Shown in pieces: positions 1 through 15,000 of a stretch of 64,000 bases of DNA (within the stretch, counting starts at the first letter, position 1; the number at the start of each line of letters is the position of its first letter). The DNA lies in NCBI GenBank assembly GCA_964016885.1, contig OZ024754.1, forward strand, positions 18,476,001 to 18,540,000. Direction: 5' to 3'. The position numbers and the translations under genes were made by a program. Below the pieces are notes generated by a model. The model saw only the letters and a list, made by a program, of their open reading frames with translations. It was not told the origin of the DNA and made no database searches. This stretch comes from Eledone cirrhosa. Taxonomy: Eukaryota.

Positions 1-3000
1 GCTCCCAATACACACTCCTGCTCCCAATACACACACTCCTGCTCCCAATACACACTCCTGCTCCCAATACACACTCTCCTGCTCCCAATACACACACTCC
101 TGCTCCCAATACACACTCCTGCTCCCAATACACACACTCCTGCTCCCAATACAGACTCCTGCTCCCAATACACACTCCTGCTCCCAATACACACACTCCT
201 GCTCCCAATACACACTCCTGCTCCCAATACACACTCTCCTGCTCCCAATACACACACTCCTGCTCCCAATACACACTCCTGCTCCCAATACACACTCCTG
301 CTCCCAATACACACTCTCCTACTCCCAATACACACACTCCTGCTCCCAATACACACTCCTGCTCCCAATACACACTCCTGCTCCCAATACACACACTCCT
401 GCTCCCAATACACACTCCTGCTCCCAATACACACTCTCCTGCTCCCAATACACACACTCCTGCTCCCAATACACACTCCTGCTCCCAATACACACTCCTG
501 CTCCCAATACACACTCTCCTACTCCCAATACACACACTCCTGCTCCCAATACACACTCTCCTACTCCCAATACACACACTCCTGCTCCCAATACACACTC
601 CTGCTCCCAATACACACTCTCCTACTCCCAATACACACACTCCTGCTCCCAATACACACTCCTGCTCCCAATACACACTCCTGCTCCCAATACACACTCC
701 TGCTCCCAATACACACACTCCTGCTCCCAATACACACACTCCTGCTCCCAATACACACTCTCCTGCTTCCAATACACACACTCCTGCTCCCAATACACAC
801 TCCTGCTCCCAATACACACACTCCTGCTCCCAATACACACTCCTGCTCCCAATACACACTCTCCTGCTCCCAATACACACACTCCTGCTCCCAATACACA
901 CTCCTGCTCCCAATACACACTCTCCTGCTCCCAATACAGACTCCTGCTCCCAATACACACTCCTGCTCCAATTACACACACTCCTGCTCCCAATACACAC
1001 ACTCCTGCTCCCAATACACACTCCTGCTCCCAATACACACTCTCCTGCTCCCAATACACACACTCCTGCTCCCAATACACACACTCCTGCTCCCAATACA
1101 CACACTACTGCTCCCAATACACACACTCCTGCTCCCAATACACACTCCTGCTCCCAATACACACTCTCCTGCTCCCAATACACACTCCTGCTCCCAATAC
1201 ACACTCCTGCTCCCAATACACACTCCTGCTCCCAATACACACTCCTGCTCCCAATACACACACTCCTGCTCCCAATACACACTCCTGCTCCCAATACACA
1301 CTCTCCTGCTCCCAATACACACTCCTGCTCCCAATACACACTCCTGCTCCCAATACACACTCCTGCTCCCAATACACACTCCTGCTCCCAATACACACAC
1401 TCCTGCTCCCAATACACACTCCTGCTCCCAATACACACTCTCCTACTCCCAATACACACACTCCTGCTCCCAATACACACTCCTGCTCCCAATACACACT
1501 CCTGCTCCCAATACACACTCCTGCTCCCAATACACACACTCCTGCTCCCAATACACACACTCCTGCTCCCAATACACACTCTCCTGCTTCCAATACACAC
1601 ACTCCTGCTCCCAATACACACTCCTGCTCCCAATACACACACTCCTGCTCCCAATACACACTCCTGCTCCCAATACACACACTCCTGCTCCCAATACACA
1701 CTCCTGCTCCCAATACACACTCTCCTGCTCCCAATACAGACTCCTGCTCCCAATACACACTCCTGCTCCAATTACACACACTCCTGCTCCCAATACACAC
1801 ACTCCTGCTCCCAATACACACTCCTGCTCCCAATACACACACTCCTGCTCCCAATACACACACTCCTGCTCCCAATACACACACTACTGCTCCCAATACA
1901 CACACTCCTGCTCCCAATACACACTCCTGCTCCCAATACACACTCTCCTGCTCCCAATACACACTCCTGCTCCCAATACACACTCCTGCTCCCAATACAC
2001 ACTCCTGCTCCCAATACACACTCCTGCTCCCAATACACACACTCCTGCTCCCAATACACACTCCTGCTCCCAATACACACACTCCTGCTCCCAATACACA
2101 CTCCTGCTCCCAATACACACCCCTGCTCCCAATACACTCTCCTGCTCCCAATACACACACTCCTGCTCCCAATACACACACTCCTGCTCCCAATACACAC
2201 TCCTGCTCCCAATACACACACTCCTGCTCCCAATACACACTCCTGCTCCCAATACACACTCCTGCTCCCAATACACACACTCCTGCTCCCAATACACACT
2301 CCTGCTCCCAATACACACACTCCTGCTCCCAATACATACTCCTGCTCCCAATACACACTCCTGCTCCCAATACACACACTCCTGCTCCCAATACATACTC
2401 CTGCTCCCAATACACACTCCTGCTCCCAATACACACTCCTGCTCCCAATACACACACTCCTGCTCCCAATACACACTCCTGCTCCCAATACACACTCCTG
2501 CTCCCAATACATACTCCTGCTCCCAATACACACTCCTGCTCCCAATACACACACTCCTGCTCCCAATACACACACTCCTGCTCCCAATACACACTCATCT
2601 GCTCCCAATACACACACTCCTGCTCCCAATACACTCTCCTGCTCCCAATACACACACTCCTGCTCCCAATACACACTCCTGCTCCCAATACACACTCATC
2701 TGCTCCCAATACACACACTCCTGCTCCCAATACACACTCCTGCTCACAATACACTCTCCTGCTCCCAATACACACTCCTGCTCCCAATACACACACTCCT
2801 GCTCCCAATAAACACTCCTGCTCCCAATACACACACTCCAGCTCCCAATACACACTCCTGCTCCCAATACACACTCCTGCTCCCAATACACACTCATCTT
2901 CTCCCAATACACACACTCCTGCTCCCAATACACACAGTCCTGCTCCCAATACACACTCCTGCTCCCAATACACACACTCCTGCTCCCAATACACACTCCT

Positions 3001-6000
3001 GCTCCCAATACACACTCCTGCTCCCAATACACACACTCCTGCTCCCAAACACACACTCCTGCTCCCAATACACACTCCTGCTCCCAATACACACACTCCT
3101 GCTCCCAATACACACACTCCTGCTCCCAATACACACACTCCTGCTACCAATACACACACTCCTGCTCCCAATACACACACTCCTGCTCCCAATACACACT
3201 CCTGCTCCCAATACACACACTCCTGCTCCCAATACACACACTCCTGCTCCCAATACACACTCCTGCTCCCAATACACACTCCTGCTCCCAATACACACTC
3301 CTGCTCCCAATACACACACTCCTGCTCCCAATACACACACTCCTGCTCCCAATACACACTCCTGCTCACAATACACACTCCTGCTCCCAATACACACACT
3401 CCTGCTCCCAATACACACACTCCTGCTCCCAATACACACACTACTGCTCCCAATACACACTCCTGCTCCCAATACACACACTCCTGCTCCCAATACACAC
3501 ACTCCTGCTCCCAATACACACTCCTGCTCCCAATACACACACTCCTGCTCCCAATACACACTCCTGCTCCCAATACACACACTCCTGCTCCCAATACACA
3601 CTCCTGCTCCCAATACACACACTCCTGCTCCCAATACACACTCCTGCTCCCAATAATCACTCCTGCTCCCAATACACACACTCCTGCTCCCAATACACAC
3701 ACTCCTGCTCCCAATACACACTCCTGCTCCCAATACACACACTCCTGCTCCCAATACACACTCCTGCTCCCAATGCACACTCTCCTGCTCCCAATACACA
3801 AACTCCTGCTCCCAATACACACACTCCTGCTCCCAATACACACTGCTGCTCCCAATACACACACTCCTGCTCCCAATACACACACTCCTGCTCCCAATAC
3901 ACACTCCTGCTCACAATACACACGCCTGCTCCCAATACACACACTCCTGCTCCCAATACACACACTCCTGCTCCCAATACACACACTCCTGCTCCCAATA
4001 CACACTCCTGCTCCCAATACACACACTCCTGCTCCCAATACACACTCCTGCTCCCAATACACACACTCCTGCTCCCAATACACACACTCCTGCTCCCAAT
4101 ACACACTCCTGCTCACAATACACACTCCTGCTCCCAATACACACACTCCTGCTCCCAATACACACACTCCTGCTCCCAATACACACTCCTGCTCCCAATA
4201 CACACTCTCCTGCTCCCAATACACACACTCCTGCTCCCAATACACACACTCCTGCTCCCAATACACACACTCCTGCTCCCAATACACACTCCTGCTCCCA
4301 ATACACACTCCTGCTCCCAATACACACACTCCTGCTCCCAATACACACACTCCTGCTCCCAATACACACTCCTGCTCACAATACACACTCCTGCTCCCAA
4401 TACACACACTCCTGCTCCCAATACACACACTCCTGCTCCCAATACACACTCCTGCTCCCAATACACACACTACTGCTCCCAATACACACTCCTGCTCCCA
4501 ATACACACACTCCTGCTCCCAATACACACTCCTGTTCCCAATACACACACTCCTGCTCCCAATACACACTCCTGCTCCCAATACACACACTCCTGCTCCC
4601 AATACACACTCCTGCTCCCAATACACACACTCCTGCTCCCAATACACACACTCCTGCTCCCAATACACACTCCTGCTCCCAATACACACACTCCTGCTCC
4701 CAATACACACTCCTGCTCCCAATACACACTCCTGCTCCCAATACATACTCCTGCTCCCAATACACACTCCTGCTCCCAATACACACACTCCTGCTCCCAA
4801 TACACACTCTCCTGCTTCCAATACACACACTCCTGCTCCCAATACACACTCCTGCTCCCAATACACACACTCCTGCCCCCAATACACACTCCTGCTCCCA
4901 ATACACACTCTCCTGCTCCCAATACACACACTCCTGCTCCCAATACACACTCCTGCTCCCAATACACACACTCCTGCTCCCAATACACACTCCTGCTCCA
5001 ATTACACACACTCCTGCTCCCAATACACACTCCTGCTCCCAATACACACTCCTGCTCCCAATACACACACTCCTGCTCCCAATACACACTCCTGCTCCCA
5101 ATACACACTCTCCTGCTCCCAATACACACACTCCTGCTCCCAATACACACTCCTGCTCCCAATACACACACTCCTGCTCCCAATACACACTCCTGCTCCC
5201 AATACACACTCTCCTGCTCCCAATACAGACTCCTGCTCCCAATACACACTCCTGCTCCAATTACACACACTCCTGCTCCCAATACACACTCCTGCTCCCA
5301 ATACACACACTCCTGCTCCCAATACACACTCCTGCTCCCAATACACACTCTCCTGCTCCCAATACACACACTCCTGCTCCCAATACACACACTCCTGCTC
5401 CCAATACACACACTACTGCTCCCAATACACACACTCCTGCTCCCAATACACACTCCTGCTCCCAATACACACTCTCCTGCTCCCAATACACACTCCTGCT
5501 CCCAATACACACTCCTGCTCCCAATACACACTCCTGCTCCCAATACACACTCCTGCTCCCAATACACACACTCCTGCTCCCAATACACACTCCTGCTCCC
5601 AATACACACTCTCCTGCTCCCAATACACACTCCTGCTCCCAATACACACTCCTGCTCCCAATACACACTCCTGCTCCCAATACACACTCCTGCTCCCAAT
5701 ACACACACTCCTGCTCCCAATACACACTCCTGCTCCCAATACACACTCTCCTACTCCCAATACACACACTCCTGCTCCCAATACACACTCCTGCTCCCAA
5801 TACACACTCCTGCTCCCAATACACACTCCTGCTCCCAATACACACACTCCTGCTCCCAATACACACACTCCTGCTCCCAATACACACTCTCCTGCTTCCA
5901 ATACACACACTCCTGCTCCCAATACACACTCCTGCTCCCAATACACACACTCCTGCTCCCAATACACACTCCTGCTCCCAATACACACTCTCCTGCTCCC

Positions 6001-9000
6001 AATACACACACTCCTGCTCCCAATACACACTCCTGCTCCCAATACACACACTCCTGCTCCCAATACACACTCCTGCTCCCAATACACACTCCTGCTCCCA
6101 ATACACACTCCTGCTCCCAATACACACACTCCTGCTCCCAATACACACTCCTGCTCCCAATACACACACTCCTGCTCCCAATACACACACTCCTGCTCCC
6201 AATACACACTCTCCTGCTTCCAATACACACACTCCTGCTCCCAATACACACTCCTGCTCCCAATACACACACTCCTGCTCCCAATACACACTCCTGCTCC
6301 CAATACACACTCTCCTGCTCCCAATACACACACTCCTGCTCCCAATACACACTCCTGCTCCCAATACACACACTCCTGCTCCCAATACACACTCCTGCTC
6401 CCAATACACACTCCTGCTCCCAATACACACACTCCTGCTCCCAATACACACTCCTGCTCCCAATACACACTCCTGCTCCCAATACACACACTCCTGCTCC
6501 CAATACACACTCCTGCTCCCAATACACACACTCCTGCTCCCAATACACACTCCTGCTCCCAATACACACTCCTGCTCCCAATACACACTCCTACTCCCAA
6601 TACACACACTCCTGCTCCCAATACACACTCCTGCTCCCAATACACACTCCTGCTCCCAATACACACTCCTGCTCCCAATACACACTCCTGCTCCAATTAC
6701 ACACACTCCTGCTCCCAATACACACTCCTGCTCCCAATACACACACTCCTGCTCCCAATACACACTCCTGCTCCCAATACACACTCTCCTGCTCCCAATA
6801 CACACACTCCTGCTCCCAATACACACACTCCTGCTCCCAATACACACACTACTGCTCCCAATACACACACTCCTGCTCCCAATACACACTCCTGCTCCCA
6901 ATACACACTCTCCTGCTCCCAATACACACTCCTGCTCCCAATACACACTCCTGCTCCCAATACACACTCCTGCTCCCAATACACACTCCTGCTCCCAATA
7001 CACACACTCCTGCTCCCAATACACACTCCTGCTCCCAATACACACACTCCTGCTCCCAATACACACTCCTGCTCCCAATACACACCCCTGCTCCCAATAC
7101 ACTCTCCTGCTCCCAATACACACACTCCTGCTCCCAATACACACACTCCTGCTCCCAATACACACTCCTGCTCCCAATACACACACTCCTGCTCCCAATA
7201 CACACTCCTGCTCCCAATACACACTCCTGCTCCCAATACACACACTCCTGCTCCCAATACACACTCCTGCTCCCAATACACACACTCCTGCTCCCAATAC
7301 ATACTCCTGCTCCCAATACACACTCCTGCTCCCAATACACACACTCCTGCTCCCAATACATACTCCTGCTCCCAATACACACTCCTGCTCCCAATACACA
7401 CTCCTGCTCCCAATACACACACTCCTGCTCCCAATACACACTCCTGCTCCCAATACACACTCCTGCTCCCAATACATACTCCTGCTCCCAATACACACTC
7501 CTGCTCCCAATACACACACTCCTGCTCCCAATACACACACTCCTGCTCCCAATACACACTCATCTGCTCCCAATACACACACTCCTGCTCCCAATACACT
7601 CTCCTGCTCCCAATACACACACTCCTGCTCCCAATACACACTCCTGCTCCCAATACACACTCATCTGCTCCCAATACACACACTCCTGCTCCCAATACAC
7701 ACTCCTGCTCACAATACACTCTCCTGCTCCCAATACACACACTCCTGCTCCCAATACACACTCCTGCTCCCAATACACACACTCCTGCTCCCAATAAACA
7801 CTCCTGCTCCCAATACACACACTCCAGCTCCCAATACACACTCCTGCTCCCAATACACACTCCTGCTCCCAATACACACTCATCTTCTCCCAATACACAC
7901 ACTCCTGCTCCCAATACACACAGTCCTGCTCCCAATACACACTCCTGCTCCCAATACACACACTCCTGCTCCCAATACACACTCCTGCTCCCAATACACA
8001 CTCCTGCTCCCAATACACACTCCTGCTCCCAATACACACACTCCTGCTCCCAAACACACACTCCTGCTCCCAATACACACTCCTGCTCCCAATACACACA
8101 CTCCTGCTCCCAATACACACACTCCTGCTACCAATACACACACTCCTGCTCCCAATACACACACTCCTGCTCCCAATACACACTCCTGCTCCCAATACAC
8201 ACACTCCTGCTCCCAATACACACACTCCTGCTCCCAATACACACTCCTGCTCCCAATACACACTCCTGCTCCCAATACACACTCCTGCTCCCAATACACA
8301 CACTCCTGCTCCCAATACACACACTCCTGCTCCCAATACACACTCCTGCTCACAATACACACTCCTGCTCCCAATACACACACTCCTGCTCCCAATACAC
8401 ACACTCCTGCTCCCAATACACACTCCTGCTCCCAATACACACACTACTGCTCCCAATACACACTCCTGCTCCCAATACACACACTCCTGCTCCCAATACA
8501 CACACTCCTGCTCCCAATACACACTCCTGCTCCCAATACACACACTCCTGCTCCCAATACACACTCCTGCTCCCAATACACACACTCCTGCTCCCAATAC
8601 ACACTCCTGCTCCCAATACACACACTCCTGCTCCCAATACACACTCCTGCTCCCAATAATCACTCCTGCTCCCAATACACACACTCCTGCTCCCAATACA
8701 CACACTCCTGCTCCCAATACACACTCCTGCTCCCAATACACACACTCCTGCTCCCAATACACACTCCTGCTCCCAATGCACACTCTCCTGCTCCCAATAC
8801 ACAAACTCCTGCTCCCAATACACACACTCCTGCTCCCAATACACACTCCTGCTCCCAATACACACACTCCTGCTCCCAATACACACACTCCTGCTCCCAA
8901 TACACACTCCTGCTCACAATACACACGCCTGCTCCCAATACACACACTCCTGCTCCCAATACACACACTCCTGCTCCCAATACACACACTCCTGCTCCCA

Positions 9001-12000
9001 ATACACACTCCTGCTCCCAATACACACACTCCTGCTCCCAATACACACTCCTGCTCCCAATACACACACTCCTGCTCCCAATACACACACTCCTGCTCCC
9101 AATACACACTCCTGCTCACAATACACACTCCTGCTCCCAATACACACACTCCTGCTCCCAATACACACACTCCTGCTCCCAATACACACTCCTGCTCCCA
9201 ATACACACTCTCCTGCTCCCAATACACACACTCCTGCTCCCAATACACACACTCCTGCTCCCAATACACACACTCCTGCTCCCAATACACACTCCTGCTC
9301 CCAATACACACTCCTGCTCCCAATACACACACTCCTGCTCCCAATACACACACTCCTGCTCCCAATACACACTCCTGCTCACAATACACACTCCTGCTCC
9401 CAATACACACACTCCTGCTCCCAATACACACACTCCTGCTCCCAATACACACTCCTGCTCCCAATACACACACTACTGCTCCCAATACACACTCCTGCTC
9501 CCAATACACACACTCCTGCTCCCAATACACACTCCTGTTCCCAATACACACACTCCTGCTCCCAATACACACTCCTGCTCCCAATACACACTCCTGCTCC
9601 CAATACACACACTCCTGCTCCCAATACACACACTCCTGCTCCCAATACACACTCCTGCTCACAATACACACTCCTGCTCCCAATACACACACTCCTGCTC
9701 CCAATACACACACTCCTGCTCCCAATACACACTCCTGCTCCCAATACACACACTACTGCTCCCAATACACACTCCTGCTCCCAATACACACACTCCTGCT
9801 CCCAATACACACTCCTGTTCCCAATACACACACTCCTGCTCCCAATACACACTCCTGCTCCCAATACACACACTCCTGCTCCCAATACACACTCCTGCTC
9901 CCAATACACACACTCCTGCTCCCAATACACACACTCCTGCTCCCAATACACACTCCTGCTCCCAATACACACACTCCTGCTCCCAATACACACTCCTGCT
10001 CCCAATACACACTCCTGCTCCCAATACATACTCCTGCTCCCAATACACACTCCTGCTCCCAATACACACACTCCTGCTCCCAATACACACTCTCCTGCTT
10101 CCAATACACACACTCCTGCTCCCAATACACACTCCTGCTCCCAATACACACACTCCTGCCCCCAATACACACTCCTGCTCCCAATACACACTCTCCTGCT
10201 CCCAATACACACACTCCTGCTCCCAATACACACTCCTGCTCCCAATACACACACTCCTGCTCCCAATACACACTCCTGCTCCAATTACACACACTCCTGC
10301 TCCCAATACACACTCCTGCTCCCAATACACACTCCTGCTCCCAATACACACACTCCTGCTCCCAATACACACTCCTGCTCCCAATACACACTCTCCTGCT
10401 CCCAATACACACACTCCTGCTCCCAATACACACTCCTGCTCCCAATACACACACTCCTGCTCCCAATACACACTCCTGCTCCCAATACACACTCTCCTGC
10501 TCCCAATACAGACTCCTGCTCCCAATACACACTCCTGCTCCAATTACACACACTCCTGCTCCCAATACACACTCCTGCTCCCATGCTCCCAATACACACT
10601 CCTGCTCCCAATACACACACTCCTGCTCCCAATACACACTCCTGCTCCCAATACACACTCTCCTGCTCCCAATACACACACTCCTGCTCCCAATACACAC
10701 TCCTGCTCCCAATACACACTCCTGCTCCCAATACACACTCCTACTCCCAATACACACACTCCTGCTCCCAATACACACTCCTGCTCCCAATACACACTCC
10801 TGCTCCCAATACACACACTCCTGCTCCCAATACACACACTCCTGCTCCCAATACACACTCTCCTGCTTCCAATACACACACTCCTGCTCCCAATACACAC
10901 TCCTGCTCCCAATACACACACTCCTGCTCCCAATACACACTCCTGCTCCCAATACACACACTCCTGCTCCCAATACACACTCCTGCTCCCAATACACACA
11001 CTCCTGCTCCCAATACACACTCCTGCTCCCAATACACACACTCCTGCTCCCAATACACACTCCTGCTCCCAATACACACACTCCTGCTCCCAATACACAC
11101 TCCTGCTCCCAATACACACTCTCCTGCTCCCAATACAGACTCCTGCTCCCAATACACACACTCCTGCTCCCAATACACACACTCCTGCTCCCAATACACA
11201 CTCCTGCTCCCAATACACACACTCCTGCTCCCAATACACACTCCTGCTCCCAATACACACTCCTGCTCCCAATACACACACTCCTGCTCCCAATACACAC
11301 TCCTGCTCCCAATACACACACTCCTGCTCCCAATACATACTCCTGCTCCCAATACACACTCCTGCTCCCAATACACACACTCCTGCTCCCAATACATACT
11401 CCTGCTCCCAATACACACTCCTGCTCCCAATACACACTCCTGCTCCCAATACACACACTCCTGCTCCCAATACACACTCCTGCTCCCAATACACACTCCT
11501 GCTCCCAATACATACTCCTGCTCCCAATACACACTCCTGCTCCCAATACACACACACCTGCTCCCAATACACACACTCATCTGCTCCCAATACACACACT
11601 CCTGCTCCCAATACACACACTCCTGCTCCCAATACACACACTCCTGCTCCCAATACACACTCCTGCTCCCAATACACACTCCTGCTCCCAATACATACTC
11701 CTGCTCCCAATACACACTCCTGCTCCCAATACACACACACCTGCTCCCAATACACACACTCATCTGCTCCCAATACACACACTCCTGCTCCCAATACACA
11801 CACTCCTGCTCCCAATACACACTCCTGCTCCCAATACACACTCCTGCTCCCAATACATACTCCTGCTCCCAATACACACTCCTGCTCCCAATACACACTC
11901 CTGCTCCCAATACACACACTCCTGCTCCCAATACACACTCCTGCTCCCAATACACACTCCTGCTCCCAATACACACTCCTGCTCCCAATACACACTCCTG

Positions 12001-15000
12001 CTCCCAATACATACTCCTGCTCCCAATACACACTCCTGCTCCCAATACACACTCCTGCTCCCAATACACACACTCATCTGCTCCCAATACACACATTCCT
12101 GCTCCCAATACACACACTCCTGCTCCCAATACACACACTCCTGCTCCCAATACACACTCCTGCTCCCAATACACACACTCCTGCTCCCAATACACACTCC
12201 TGCTCCCAATACACACTCCTGCTCCCAATACACACACTCATCTGCTCCCAATACACACACTCCTGCTCCCAATACACACTCCTGCTCCCAATACATACTC
12301 CTGCTCCCAATACACACTCCTGCTCCCAATACACACACTCATCTGCTCCCAATACACACACTCCTGCTCCCAATACACACACTCCTGCTCCCAATACACA
12401 CACTCCTGCTCCCAATACATACTCTTGCTCCCAATACACACTCCTGCTCCCAATACACACACTCCTGCTCCCAATACACACACTCCTGCTCCCAATACAC
12501 ACTCCTGCTCCCAATACACACACTCCTGCTCCCAATACACACACTCCTGCTCCCAATACACACTCCTGCTCCCAATACACACACTCCTGCTCCCAATACA
12601 CACACTCCTGCTCCCAATACACACTCCTGCTCCCAATACACACTCCTGCTCCCAATACACACTCCTGCTCCCAATACACACTCCTGCTCCCAATACATAC
12701 TCCTGCTCCCAATACACACTCCTGCTCCCAATACACACACTCCTGCTCCCAATACACACACTCCTGCTCCCAATACACACTCCTGCTCCCAATACACACT
12801 CCTGCTCCCAATACACACTCCTGCTCCCAATACACACTCCTGCTCCCAATACACACACTCCTGCTCCCAATACACACTCCTGCTCCCAATACACACACTC
12901 CTGCTCCCAATACACACTCCTGCTCCCAATACACACACTCCTGCTCCCAATACACACTCCTGCTCCCAATACACACACTCCTGCTCCCAATACACACTCC
13001 TGCTCCCAATACACACACTCCTGCTCCCAATACACACACTCCTGCTCCCAATAAACACTCCTGCTCCCAATACACACTCCTGCTCCCAATACACACTCCT
13101 GCTCCCAATACACACACTCCTGCTCCCAATACACACACTCCTGCTCCCAATACACACTCCTGCTCCCAATACACACACTCCTGCTCCCAAGACACACACT
13201 CCTGCTCCCAATGAACACTCCTGCTCCCAATACACACTCCTGCTCCCAATACACACTCCTGCTCCCAATACACACACTCCTGCTCCCAATACACACACTC
13301 CTGCTCCCAATACACACTCCTGCTCCCAATACACACACTCCTGCTCCCAATACACACACTCTTGCTACCAATACACACTCCTGCTCCCAATACACACTCA
13401 TCTGCTCCCAATACACACACTCCTGCTCCCAATACACACTCCTGCTCCCAATACACTCTCCTGCTCCCAATACACACACTCCTGCTCCCAATACACACTC
13501 CTGCTCCCAATACACACACTCCTGCTCCAATACACACACTCCTGCTCCCAATAAACACTCCTGCTCCCAATACACACTCCTGCTCCCAATACACACTCCT
13601 GCTCCCAATACACACACTCCTGCTCCCAATACACACACTCCTGCTCCCAATACACACTCCTGCTCCCAATACACACACTCCTGCTCCCAATACACACTCC
13701 TGCTCCCAATACACACTCCTGCTCCCAATACACACTCATCTTCTCCCAATACACACACTCCTGCTCCCAATACACACTCCTGCTCCCAATACACTCTCCT
13801 GCTCCCAATACACACAGTCCTGCTCCCAATACACACTCCTGCTCCCAATACACACACTCCTGCTCCCAATACACACACTCCTGCTCCCAATACACACTCC
13901 TGCTCCCAATACACACTCCTGCTCCCAATACACACTCCTGCTCCCAATACACACACTCCTGCTCCCAATACACACACTCCTGCTCCCAATACACACTCCT
14001 GCTCCCAATACACACACTCCTACTCCCAATACACACACTCCTGCTACCAATACACACACTCCTGCTCCCAATACACACACTCCTGCTCCCAATACACACT
14101 CCTGCTCCCAATACACACACTCCTGCTCCCAATACACACACTCCTGCTCCCAATACACACACTCCTGCTCCCAATACACACTCCTGCTCCCAATACACAC
14201 TCCTGCTCCCAATACACACACTCCTGCTCCCAATACACACACTCCTGCTCCCAATACACACTCCTGCTCCCAATACACACACTCCTGCTCCCAATACACA
14301 CTCCTGCTCCCAATACACACACTCCTGCTCCCAATACACACTCCTGCTCCCAATACACACACTCCTGCTCCCAATACACACTCCTGCTCCCAATACACAC
14401 ACTCCTGCTCCCAATAATCACTCCTGCTCCCAATACACACACTCCTGCTCCCAATACACACACTCCTGCTCCCAATACACACTCCTGCTCCCAATACACA
14501 CACTCCTGCTCCCAATACACACTCTCCTGCTCCCAATACACAAACTCCTGCTCCCAATACACACACTCCTGCTCCCAATACACACTCCTGCTCCCAATAC
14601 ACACACTTCTGCTCCCAATACACACTCCTGCTCCCAATACACACACTCCTGCTCCCAATACACACACTCCTGCTCCCAATACACACTCTCCTGCTCCCAA
14701 TACACACACTCCTGCTCCCAATACACACTCCTGCTCCCAATACACACTCCTGCTCACAATACACACTCCTGCTCCCAATACACACACCCCTGCTCCCAAT
14801 ACACACTCCTGCTCCCAATACACACACTCCTGCTCCCAATACACACTCCTGCTCCCAATACACACACTCCTGCTCCCAATACACACTCCTGCTCCCAATA
14901 CACACACTCCTGCTCCCAATACACACACTCCTGCTCCCAATACACACTCCTGCTCCCAATACACACACTCCTGCTCCCAATACACACTCCTGCTCCCAAT

